Shown here: one piece after another, positions 1 to 10,939 of the stretch
How positions within the stretch are numbered: position 1 is the first letter of the stretch
How the letters are laid out: every line of letters starts with the position of its first letter
From: Squalus acanthias
Lineage: Eukaryota
Length of the DNA stretch: 64,000 nt
Assembly (NCBI GenBank): GCA_030390025.1
Contig: CM059432.1
Span: 50,780,001 to 50,844,000, forward strand
Reading direction: 5' to 3'
The notes under the pieces: generated by a model
What the model was told of the DNA's origin: nothing
The model's input: the letters and a program-made list of their open reading frames with translations, nothing else
Databases searched by the model: none
Made by a program: the position numbers and the translations under genes

Positions 1-210
1 GATTGCTATAGATTTCAGTTGAGGCAGGAAGCTTGCAAGTACACAGTCAAAGTGGCCTGAGATTATTCCAATCAGGTCACACTGCAGATGGCTGTCAGCT
101 TGAACAGTCACATAGAAATATAGAAAAATAGAAGATAGGAGCAGGAGTAGGCCATTCAGCCCCACGAGCCTGCTCCGCCATTCAATGCGATCATGGCTGA
201 TCATCCAAAT

Positions 211-3004
211 TCAGTACCCTGTCCCTGCTTTCTCCCCATATCCCTTGATCCCTTTAGCCTTAAGAAATATATCTAACTCCTTCTTGAATATATTTAATGA
301 ATTGGCCTCAACTGCCTTCTGTGGTAGAGAATTCCACAGGTTCACCACTCTCTGGGTGAAGAAATTCCTCCTCATCTCAGTCCTAAATGGCTTACCCCTT
401 ATCCTTAGACTGTGACCCCTGGTTCTGGACTCCCCCGCCATCGGGAATAGCCTTCCTGCATCTAGTCTGTCTAGTCCTGTTAGAATTTTATAAGCTTCAA
501 TGAGATCCCCTCTCATTCTTCTAAACTCTGGCGAATATAAACCTAATCGACCCAATCTCTCTTCATACGTTATTCCTGCCATCCCAGGTATCAGTCTGGT
601 GAATCTTCGCTGCACTTCCTCCATGGCAAGAACATCCTTCCTCAGATAAGGCGACCAAAACTGCACACAATACTCAAGGTGTGGTCTCACCAAGGCCCTG
701 TACAACTGCAGCAAGACATCCTTGCTCCTGTACTCGAATCCTCTCACTATAAAAGCCAACATACCATTTGCCTTCTTAACCGCCTGCTGCACCTGCATGC
801 TTACCTTCAGCGACTGGTGCACAAGGACACCCAGGTCTCGTTGCACTTCCCCTTTTCCCAATCTATTGCCGTTCAGATAATAATCTGCCTTCCTGTTTTT
901 GCCACCAAAGTGGATAACCTTGCATTTATCCACATTATACTGCATCTGCCATGCATCTGCCCAATCACCCAACCTGTCCAAATCATACTGGAGTTTCTCT
1001 GCATCCTCCTCACAGCACACACGCCCACCCAGCTTTGTGTCGTCTGCAAACCTGGAGATATTACATCTAGTTCCCTCGTCTAGATCATTAATATATATTG
1101 TGAATAACTGGGGTTCTCGCACCGATCCCTGCGGTACCCCACTAGTCACTGCCTGCCACTCGGAAAAAGACCCGTTTATTCCAACTCTTTGCTTCCTGTC
1201 TGCCAACCAGTTTTCTATCCAAGTCAGTACCTTACCCCCAATCCCATGTGCTTTAACTTTGCACGCTAATCTCTTATGCGGGACCTTATCGAAAGCCTTC
1301 TGAAAGTCCAAATACACCACATCCACTGGTTCTCCCTTATCTATTCTACCAGTTACATCCTCAAAAAATTCCAGTAGATTAGTCAAGCATGATTTACCTT
1401 TTGTAAATCCATGTCGACTTTGTCCGATCCTGTCACTGTTTTCCAAGTGCTCTGCTATTACATCTTTTAAAATGGACTCTAGCATTTCCCCCACTACCGA
1501 TGTCAGGCTTACCGGTCTATAATTCCCCGTTTTCTCTCTACCACCTTTTTTAAATAGTGAGGTTACGCTAGCTACCCTCCAATCCATGGGAACTGTTCCA
1601 GAGTCTATAGAACTTTGGAAGATGACCAGCAATGCATCTACTATTTCTAGGGCCACTTCCTTAAGTACCCTAGGATGTAGATTATCAGGCCCTGGGGATT
1701 TATCAGCCTTCAATCCCGTCAATTTCCCTAACACCATTTCCCTACAAATACTGATTTCTTTCAGTTCCTCCCTCTCATTAGACCCTATGTTCCCCGACAT
1801 CTCTGGGAGGTTATTTGTGTCCTCCTTTGTGAAGACAGAACCAAAGTATGTATTTAATTGGTCTGCCATTTCTTTGTTCCCCATTATAAATTCCCCTGAT
1901 TCTGACTGCAAGGGACCTATGCTTGACTTCACCAATCTTTTTCTCTTCACATATCTATAGAAGCTTTTACAGTCAGTTTTTATGTTCCTCGCAAGCTTAC
2001 TCTCATACTCTATTTTGCCCCTCTTAATTAAGCCCTTTGTCCTCCTTTGCTGAATCCTAAACTGCTCCCAATCCTCAGGTTTGCTGCTTTTTCTGGCCAA
2101 TTTATATGTCCTCTCCTTGGATCTTATGCTATCCCTAATTTCCCTTGTTAGCCACAGTTGAGTCACCTTTTTTGTTTTATTTTTATGCCAAACAGGGATG
2201 AACAAATTCTGTAGTTCATCCATGCGATCTTTAAATGTTTGCCATTGCATATCTACCGTCAACTCTTTAAGTAACATTCCCTAATCCATCCTAGCCAACT
2301 CGCGCCTCATACCATCGTAGTTTCCTTTATTTAAATTCAGTACCCTAGTCTCTGAGTCAATTACTACATCTTAATGAAGAATTCTATCATATTATGATCG
2401 CTCCTCCCCAAGGGGCCTCGCACAACAAGATTGCTAATTAATCCTTTCTCATTACATAATACCCAGTCTAAGATGGCCTGATCTCTAGTTGGTTCCTCGA
2501 CATATTGGTCCAGGAAACCATCCCGTATACACTCTAGGAATTCCTCTTCCACAGTATTGTTACTAATTTGGTTAGCCCAATCTATATGTAGATTAAAGTC
2601 ACCCATGATAACTGCTGTGCCCTTATTGCACACATCTCTAATTTCCCATTTAATGCTATCCCCAACCTCAGCATTACTGTTTGGGGGTCTGTATACAACT
2701 CCCACTAACGTTTTCTGCCCCATGGTATTTCTCAGCTCTGCCCATACAGATTCCACATCATCAGAGCTAATATCCTTCCTTACTATTGTGTTAATCTCCT
2801 CTTTAACCAGCAATGCTACCCCACCTCCTTTTACTTTTTTTCCTGTCCTTCCTGAATATTGAATACCCCTGGATGTTGAATTCCCAGCCTTGGTCACCCT
2901 GGAGCCATGTCTCCATAATCCTAATTATATCATATCCATTTACATCTAATTGCGCAGCTAATTCATCCACCTTATTACAAATGCTCCTCGCATTAAGACA
3001 CAAA
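211..3004 (-). pseudogene. CR1 ORF2 (endonuclease-reverse transcriptase), disrupted
   Basis: Motifs NYRPVSLTS, YLDFQKAFDKVPH, FADDTKL, GDFN and SDHN. The RT part is open for 688 aa, but there are frameshifts near 2364 and ~2850 and a TAG stop at 2281-2283. Confidence 0.92.
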
Positions 3005-3362
3005 GGGGTAGAAATTAGGTCGCGCCCCATTTGGGGCGCAAATATCGTCCGGACGCAAATATTAGCGCCTGGCGCTAATTATCGGCACTGACAGGAAACT
3101 TCACTTTTACCGCCCCGGGAGGTGAGTGGAGCGCTAAAGTAGGCGCTGCACACCTCTCTTAAGGCGCAAAGGCCAAGGAGTGAGGCGCTAACTCAGCGCA
3201 CGAGCGCAGCGCAGCTGCTGCCAGTTAGCGAGGGAACACAGACACAATGGCGCCGGACACTTCTTAAAGCGGGGGGGGGCCACTTGCTCCCCAGCCACAC
3301 CCTGCTCATTGCAGCCTTGAATCTCAGCCTGGAGAGACCTGTAATCCATTTTGCTGCCAAGC

Positions 3363-5238
3363 ATGGAGAGGGTGAGAGAACGCGCGCATCGCTTCACCGA
3401 GCGGGCCTTGGATGCTCTGGTTGACGCAGTGGAGCGCAGACGATGCATGCTGTTCCCGGAGAGTGGCAGGAGGCCTTTGCCACGCGAGTTCAGAAGAGTG
3501 TGGAGGGAGGTGGCTCAGAGCGTCTCCTCCAGGAGCATGGTGCCCAGGACCCATGTTCAATGCCGCAAAAAGTTCAACGACCTCACTCGGGTCGTCAGGG
3601 TGAGTGGCTTTTTCTCAATACCTCTCCATCCCTCCATCTCAACCTCACTCTATGGCCAGAGGGTCTTAAAACCCCAATGCACAACACTCATCCAACACCT
3701 ATGGCCCTTTTATCAAACACACACACACATTCCACACTTTGCATACAGTAAGGGCTATTCACCTATGGGAGGCACATCAGGCAAGACCATGGCTGCATAC
3801 AGTAAGGGCTATTCACCTATGGGAGGCACATCAGGCAAGACCATGGCTGTATATTGTAAGGGCTATTCACCTATGGGAGGCACATCAGGCAAGACCATGG
3901 CTGTATATTTACTCAGATGCTGTCCTTTTTCTTGCAGGCTAAGCTGGCTCATAATCGGAGACAGCAGCAACGGACGGGTGGAGGGCGGCTTCAGCTGCAA
4001 CCCCTCAGCGATCTGGAGGAGCGCGTCCACAGGATTGTGGCAAGCCGGGTGATCGGTCCCGTCGCCACTGGAGACGCCGACCCCGTTGTGGACAGCAATG
4101 GTAAGGTCATCACCTTTTTGTCCTCTGTCCTTCCACTTGTCCCTCACAATACCAGCCTTTGACACTTTCAATCCAACTAGCTAACTCGCTGCACTTATTC
4201 CTCCCTTACTGCCAACCTGTCCTCACGCTAAAGCCACTCTTGTACCTCCCTGCTTTCAGATGGTGATTCACCAGCTGAGGAGACGGGCCCTCAAGCTGCC
4301 ACTGGGAGTGATGCTGCAGCCGAGGAGGAAGAGGAAGCCGGAGCATCAGTGCCACCCTCTCCCGAGGAAGCCCATGCCCACACTGGGAACACGCCTTCCC
4401 CGAGGGGAGCAGGGGGGAAGGGGCTGATGATGGTGAAGCTCCAGGACCCAGCGGGCTGCAGCAACGCCATGGGGGGGGTAGGGAAGAACGGGGGCCTTCT
4501 CCCCAGAGGGAGAGTATGCCAGACACTCCTACTGCAATGGACGCAGAGGAGGAGCGGCTGATTGCAGAAATGAACACCCAGGCGGTGGGCATGCACACTG
4601 AGCTCATGGGTGCAGTGGGAAGGGTGCCCGAATGCATTGAGTCACTGGCAAGGAGTGTGGAGCACTTCGCTGTAGCACAGGCGGATGCCACACTAACGCT
4701 TAGTGCTGCAATTCAGTCACTGGCTGCCGTGATCCCACCTCTGACTGCTCTCATACAGACTCAGATGGAGGCCACGCGAGCACAGACTGCTGCCAACCTC
4801 GATGGTTCATGCACATGTCCCCGGGGCTGTCACCGCGCCGCAGCAGGCCAGCAATCTGTTCTCCGGCAGATTGCTCCGGATGCTGAAGTGCTGCCCCGTG
4901 GGAGTGCCAGTGTGTCGGGCGAGCAGGGAGTTGCTGTCCTCTCTCACGATGACAGCATTCCTGCTGCCAACACTGTCACTTCTCCACTGCACTTGCCACC
5001 GCCTGTAGGACAGACTGCTGCCGCCCATGCAGAGTTGGTGCAGTCTGCAGCCGGGCCCTCCAGGCCCAGAAGTGGTCGAGGCCGTCCTTCAGGGGCATCT
5101 GCAGTGTCAGGGTCTGACGAGCAGCAGCCTTCCACCAGCCTTGCTGCAGCCACTGAGGTCCCATTACGGAGGAGCAGTAGGGTTAGAAGGGGGGAAGTGC
5201 GCAAGGGAAGGAGATCACCCTCGAAGGGCAAAAAGTAG
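3363..5238 (+). CDS. Harbinger Myb/SANT-like (trihelix) DNA-binding protein; exons 3363-3599, 3938-4100, 4260-5238; one apparent frameshift at the G-run 4412-4417
   Basis: Exon 1 reads RFTERALDALVDAV...W.EVA..VS......RT..QCRKKFNDL (Myb/SANT-like). Exon 2 reads AKLAHNRRQQQRTGGG. Introns are GT-AG with matching phases (0 and 1). As written the frame stops at 4561 (233 aa); adding one G gives 459 aa ending at 5238. Confidence 0.88.
3741..3906. repeat. 54-bp tandem repeat x3 in intron 1 of the Myb gene
   Basis: GCATACAGTAAGGGCTATTCACCTATGGGAGGCACATCAGGCAAGACCATGGCT, three near-identical copies. Confidence 0.93.
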
Positions 5239-5532
5239 GAGGTGTGCCAAAATGCTGGTCATTTTTTTATTAAAGGCCGAGGTTCATGGTCCAACTTTTG
5301 TTTAGTGTTTTGGACATTATCTCCAGGTTGTGAGAACCAGTTATGTTATTGACTGTTTTTTTGTGTTTATTTCTATGAGTTTGTCATGAGGAATTGACAC
5401 ACACAGAGTTTGTAAAATAAATAAGTTTCTGTATTCAAAATATACATGGCTGGTGGTTGGAATTATTGGTGCCTTGGCCGGCTTAGGGGTTGCGTGCTGG
5501 GTTGATTAGTGTTTGTAGCAATGGCAGGGGCC

Positions 5533-6693
5533 CTAGAAGCGGCTTGCTATTAGTCGTTGACGGACGGCCCTTGCAGTTTGACCATTGTGGGCCGCCCTCC
5601 TGCCTTGGTGCTGCTGATGATCATCGTCCTCGTCCTCTTCCTCCTCTTCCTCCTCCTCCTCTGGTGGTGCTACAAGGCCTGGTGGCATTGGCTGGGTCCT
5701 GAGGATTGCCATGTTGTGCAACATGCAGCACACGACTACGAAGTTCGAAACTTGCTCAGGCGAGTACTGCAGGGCTCCTCCGGAATGGTCCAGACAGCGG
5801 AACCGCTGTTTCAGCACGCCGATTGTGCGCTCAATAATGTTCCTGGTTGCTTGATGGCTTTCATTGTACCGCAGCTCAGCAGGGGTGTTTGGCGTACGGA
5901 GCGGTGTCATCAGCCAGGTGCTCAATGCGTACCCCTTGTCCCCCAGAAGCCAACCAACTGGCTGATGCGGTGCCTCGAAAACTTCTGCCACAGTAGTCTG
6001 GCGCAGGATGAAAGCATCGTGGCAGCTGCCCGGATAGTGGGCATTGACAGCGAGTATCACCTGTCTGTGGTCACAGACCAACTGCACATTCAAGGAATGG
6101 AACCCCTTTCTGTTCCTGAATTCCTCTGCATTCTCTCGCGGAGCACGCAAAGCCACATGCGTGCAGTCAATGGCGCCCTGCACCATGGGGAAGCCCGCTA
6201 CCCTCGCAAAGCCCAGAGCACGGTCACGCTGCTTGTCTGGGGTCATAGGGAAAGAGATGAAGTCTCGTCTCCTTCTGAAGAGGGCATTGGTGACCTGCCG
6301 GATGCAGCGATGCACCGCAAACTGGGAGATATTGGCGAGGTCCCCAACAGCAGCTTGGAATGAGCCAGTGGCGTAGAAGTTCAAAGCCACTGTGACCTTC
6401 ACTGCCACCGACAGAGACGTCCTGGACCTCAGCTGAGGTTGCAGATCTGGCTGCAGCAGGTGGCAGAGCTCAGTGACCACCTCCTTGCTGAATCGCAGCC
6501 TTCGCAAACACAGCTCCTCGGACATATGGATGTAGGAGAGCTGTTCATGATATACCCTGGGAGGGTAAGCTCTCCTGTACATGTGCCTGATGGCCCTCCT
6601 CCGTCTGGCCATCATTGCCACTCTCTGTCTGCGTCTCACTATCCTCCGATTCAGCTGGAGCAGGACGACGCCCCCAATCATTGCAGCCCCCAT
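5533..6693 (-). CDS. Harbinger DDE transposase (HARBI1-like), 386 aa, intact ORF
   Basis: Catalytic-triad motifs GAIDCTHV, LLGDKGY and IERTIGVLKQRFRCL, plus VVVCCMLHN, an N-terminal HTH-like region and an acidic C-terminal tract. The first ATG is at 6693; the track ORF extends to 6960 from a GTG start. Confidence 0.96.
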   Translation of the reverse strand: MGAAMIGGVVLLQLNRRIVRRRQRVAMMARRRRAIRHMYRRAYPPRVYHEQLSYIHMSEELCLRRLRFSKEVVTELCHLLQPDLQPQLRSRTSLSVAVKVTVALNFYATGSFQAAVGDLANISQFAVHRCIRQVTNALFRRRRDFISFPMTPDKQRDRALGFARVAGFPMVQGAIDCTHVALRAPRENAEEFRNRKGFHSLNVQLVCDHRQVILAVNAHYPGSCHDAFILRQTTVAEVFEAPHQPVGWLLGDKGYALSTWLMTPLRTPNTPAELRYNESHQATRNIIERTIGVLKQRFRCLDHSGGALQYSPEQVSNFVVVCCMLHNMAILRTQPMPPGLVAPPEEEEEEEEEDEDDDHQQHQGRRAAHNGQTARAVRQRLIASRF

Positions 6694-7211
6694 ATTCTCT
6701 TTGCCATAAAAGTAATGAGGTACAGCAACTAAAGTAGCAACAAAGTTAGGATGAATAGGCAAAACTACCTCACAAAGCGTTGAGTCAATGTAGAAGTCTC
6801 TCTCTCTCTCTCTCAGAACGAGTGGTGCATAAATGTCGACCACAGAAAAAGACAGGAAGAGGCCCCCTTTAAATAGCGCCCCCCCCAGCCCCACACCGAT
6901 TGATAACGTTCCAGTCTTCCGGTCGTTGGAAGCGCCAGGCGGTAAGGCAGGGGGCGCCACTCAATTTCCGCTCCGGGGCGCCCCAAGGGCGTTGCACCAT
7001 GGAATGACGTCACAATCTGCGCGCGCAGGTGGTCGCAGCGGTAAGTTTTAGCGCCGCCGCACAATCTCAAGTTAAGTTCTCGAGCGGCGCAAACAGCGCT
7101 GCGCCCGGGCGTTAGCGGCTTAACGCCCCATTAGCGCCCTCTTAAGGCGCTAATGGGAGGCGCAACCAAGTGAATTTTTACCCCAAAGCCTTCAGGCTTG
7201 TTTTTTTAACA

Positions 7212-7621
7212 AGGTCAGTAGAGTTGCTAAATCTTATCCCAAACCTCCAACAACAAAGTTGTGGCATGTGAATGTCAGCCATGTTGCAGGAGCGCTTTTA
7301 AGCGGCTGCAGCAATTGACAACAAATCATGTCCTCGAGAAACCCGACTCATTGCATGTTTCTCGGAAGACGACAAACAGGAGCCAGAAGCACCAAAATCG
7401 GAAGCACTAATTAAAACAGGATTAGCAAGGCAGTTAACAGGCTGTTAACTGCCTTTCCCACCGTTTGCTGTCGGGTCAGTTCGGGAGCGGCTGACCCGAC
7501 ATTTACGAAAGTAGCGTGGGGGCGGGTTGGAGGCGGGTTGGTAAACAATCGGCAGTTTTTCCGATTTTCGCTGCCAACCCGCCTCCAAACCTGCCCTCTG
7601 AGGTCCATTAAAATCGAGCCC
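7212..7621. mobile_element. Right part of a non-autonomous Harbinger-like MITE (GGGCTSGATTTT family)
   Basis: Ends AAAATCGAGCCC followed by TTT. The terminal ~45 bp resemble the right end of MITE 54143-54822. No left TIR is seen; it was probably separated by CR1 copy A. Confidence 0.7.
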
Positions 7622-9575
7622 TTTGTGTACTCCTCACAACTTGCTTTCCCACCTATCTTTGTATCGTCAGCAAATTTGTCTACAGTACACTCGGTCCCTT
7701 CATCCAAGTCATTAATATAGATTGTAAATAGTTGAGGTCCCAGCACTGATCCCTGTGGCACCCCACTAGTTACAGTTTGCCAACCTGAAAATACCCATTT
7801 ATCCTGACTCTCTGTTTTCTGTTAGTTAGCCAATCCTCTATCCATGCTAATATATTACCCCCAACACCATGAGATCTTGGGCTGTATTTTCCGATCGGAG
7901 GCTTCCTGCGTGCGGAGGCCTCCGATCTGGAAAAATCTACGAACTTACCTGAGGGCTCCCGAGGTGCGTATACTTCCGCTCCTGGGCCTCTCCAAACTCC
8001 AAGTGCGCAGGGTCCACGTATCCCAGAGGCACAGGCAGTTCGCAAGCGTCCCTGGGATCACGTGGGCCATGGGGAGCCAATAGGAGAAGGGAATCTCCCT
8101 TCATACACTTGACAGAAAGACCTGTCAAATATATGAATGGAGATCACCCCAAAAACACTGTAAAACTTTAAATACATTAAAAAAAAAACCATCACCTTTT
8201 TAAAATTAGTTGAAATTACAATAAATTAAATATTTTAAACAAAAATTTAATTTTTTGAAAAAAATAATTAAAGTTTTTTTACGGGGCTAAAAATAAACTT
8301 ACCTTTTTTAAAAAAGTATTTTTAAATTATAAATGAGTGAAGAAATTTAAAAAAAAAACTTTTTTCAACTCTTATGCTGGTAAAAGCAGACCTTACGCCT
8401 GCTTTTACCAGGCATAAGATTTCTAAGGGTTTTCTGCGGGCGGAGGTGCTCCAAAAAGCGGAACTATCCGCAGAGGCCCTTCTCCAGGGCAGGCGTCCGA
8501 TCTGTCAAGAGCATTTTTGACAGATCGGAAATGCCGGTTTTCAGCGCATGCGCTTCGCATGCCTGAAACGGTCATCGGAATATACGGCCCCTTATCTTGT
8601 ACAGTAACCTTTTATGTGACACCTTATTGAATGCCTTTTGGAAATCCAAAATACACTACTTCTACTGGTTCCCCTTTATCCACCCTGCTCGTTATATCTT
8701 CTAATAAATTTGTCAAACACGATTTCTCTTTCATAAAACCATGTTGACTCTGCTTGATTGTATTATGCTTTTCTAAATGTCCTGCTACTACTTCCTTAAT
8801 AATGGATTCCAGCATTTTCCCAATGACAGATGTTAGGCTAACTGGCCTATAGTTTCCTGCTTTCTGTCTTCCTCCTTTCTTGAATATGGGCGTTACATTT
8901 GCGGTTTTCCAATCTGCTGGGACCTTACCAGAGTCTAGGGAATTTTGGAAGATTACAACCAATACATCCACTATCTCTGCAGCCACTTCTTTTAAGACCC
9001 TAAGATGCAGGCCATTAGGTCCAGGGGACTTGTCAGCCTTTAGTCCCATTAGTTTGCCTAGTACTTTTTCTATAGTGATGGTGATAATGCTTTAAGTTCC
9101 TCCCTCCTTTTTGCCCCTTGATTTTCCACTATTATTGGGATGCTTTTAGTGTCTTCTACCGTGAAGACAGATACAAAATATTTGTTCAAAGTCTCTGCCA
9201 TTTCCTTGTTTCCCATTATTAATTCCCCAGTCTCATCCTCTTAAGGGACCAATGTTTACTTTAGCTACTCTCTTCCTTTTTATATACTTGTAGAAGTTCT
9301 TACTGTCTGTTTTTATATTTCTAGCTAGTTTATTCTCAATCTATTTTCTCCCTCTTTATTATTTTTTGAGTTATCCTTTGCAAGTTTCTAAAGAGTTTCC
9401 CAATCTTCTGGCCTACCACTGATCTTCACAACATTGTATGCCTTTTCTTTCAAATTGATACCCTCCTTAACTTCCTTCGTAAGCCACGGAGGGTTCATCC
9501 TTCTCGTAGAGGCTTTCTTTCTCACTGGAATATATCTTTGTTGAGTTATGAAATATCTCCTTAAAAGTCTGCATT
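7622..9575 (-). mobile_element. CR1 LINE fragment (copy B), degraded ORF2, interrupted by MITE 7879-8590
   Basis: ORF pieces PQGSVLGPQLFTIYINDL...FADDTK, NYRPVSLTSVIGK and PWLTKEVK. Confidence 0.93.
7879..8590. mobile_element. Non-autonomous Harbinger-like MITE, 712 bp
   Basis: TIRs GGGCTGTATTTTCCGAT and ATCGGAATATACGGCCC (15/17). TSD CTT at 7876-7878 and 8591-8593. The CR1 sequence rejoins across it. Confidence 0.92.
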
Positions 9576-9579
9576 CCAT

Positions 9580-10939
9580 TATATACCACTGCTCACTGTA
9601 GCCCCAGATCCCAGTGCAATGTACACCACTCCTCACTGTATCCCCAGATCCCAGTGCAGTGTACACCACTGCTCACTGTAGCCCCAGATCCCAGTGCAGT
9701 GTACACCACTGCTCACTGTAGCCCCAGATCCCAGTGCAATGCACACCACTGCTCACTGTAGCCCCAGATCCCAGTGCAATGTACACCACTGCTCATTGTA
9801 ACCCCAGATCCCCGTGCAGTGTACACCACTGCTCACTGTAGCCCCAGATCCCCGTGCAGTGTACACCACTGCTCACTGTAAGTGCAGATTCCAGTGCAGT
9901 GGACACCACTCCTCACTGTAACTCCAGACCCCAGTGCAGTGTACACCACTCCTCACTGTAACCACCGGTAGCAGTGCAGTATACAGCACTCCTCACTGAA
10001 GCCCCAGATCCCAGTGCAGTTTACACCACTCCTCACTGTAACCCCAAATCTCAGAGTGCAATGTACACCACTGCTCAGTGTAACTCCAGATCTCAGTGCA
10101 GTATACGCCACGCTTCACTGTAACTGTAACCCCAGATCCCAGAGTGCAGTACACACCACTCCTCACTGTAACTCCTGATGCCAGTGCAGTATATGCCACG
10201 CCTCATTGTAACTGTAACTCTAGATCCCTGTCCAGTATACACCACTCATTGTAACCCCAGATTCCCAATGCAGTATACACCACTCCTCACTGTAACTCCT
10301 GATGCCAGTGCAGTATACAACACTCCTCACTGTAACCTCAGTTTCCAGTGCAGTATACACCACTCCTCACTGTAACCCCTGATCCCAGTGCAGTGTACAC
10401 CATTCCTCACTGTAGCCCCAGATCCCAGTACAGTATACACCACTTCTCACTGTAACTCCAGATCCCCGTGCAATGTACACCACGGCTTACAGTAACCCCA
10501 GATCCCAGTGCAGTATACACCACTCCTCACTGTAACCCCTGATCCCAGTGCAGTGTACACCATTCCTCACTGTAGCCCCAGATCCCAGTACAGTATACAC
10601 CACTTCTCACTGTAACTCCAGATCCCCGTGCAATGTACACCACGGCTTACAGTAACCCCAGATCCCAGTGCAGTGTACACCACTGCTCACTGTAACACCA
10701 GATCCTAGTGCAGTGTACACCACTGCTCACTGTAGCCCCAGATCCCAGTGTAGTGTACACCACTGCTCACTGTAGCCCGAGATCCCCGTGCAGTGTACAC
10801 CACTCCTCACTGTAAGTGCAGATTCCAGTGCAGTGCACACCACTCCTCACTGTAACACCAGATCCCAGTGCAGTGGACACTACTGCTCACTGTAACCCCA
10901 GATACCAGTGCAGTGTACACCACTCCGCACTGAAGCCCC
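9580..10939. repeat. 40-bp minisatellite, left block
   Basis: Consensus CACTGCTCACTGTAACCCCAGATCCCAGTGCAGTGTACAC. Confidence 0.96.

Larger units (their letters stand above)
3005..7184. mobile_element. Autonomous-type PIF/Harbinger DNA transposon, 4,180 bp
   Basis: TIRs GGGGTAGAAATT (3005) and AATTTTTACCCC (ending 7184), 11/12 match. 3-bp TSD AAA at 3002-3004 and 7185-7187. Two convergent genes: Myb/SANT-like and DDE transposase. Confidence 0.97.
111..7211 (-). mobile_element. CR1 non-LTR retrotransposon (copy A), 5'-truncated at the start of ORF2, interrupted by Harbinger at 3005-7184
   Basis: CR1-type 3' tail at ~111-180. RT ORF at 211-2277 and APE endonuclease pieces at 2364-2897 and 2803-3004. 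Removing the Harbinger rejoins ...AAAAAAACAAGCCTGAAGGC-TTT-GTGTCTTAATGCGAGG (KKTSLKALCLNARSI). Confidence 0.95.

Noticed and set aside
3600..4052. Unspliced 233-aa ORF 3351-4052 with repeated YSPMGGTSGKTMA
   Set aside because: This is read-through into intron 1 and its 54-bp repeat; the spliced model gives a coherent Myb protein.
5533..6693. Domesticated host gene HARBI1
   Set aside because: It is intronless, flanked by TIRs and a TSD, paired with a Myb gene and inserted in a LINE, so it is a transposon copy.
6694..6960. 89-aa N-terminal extension of the transposase in the ORF track
   Set aside because: It starts at a non-ATG codon and runs through a TATA-like site (~6866-6875) and a (CT)n microsatellite; probably promoter and UTR.
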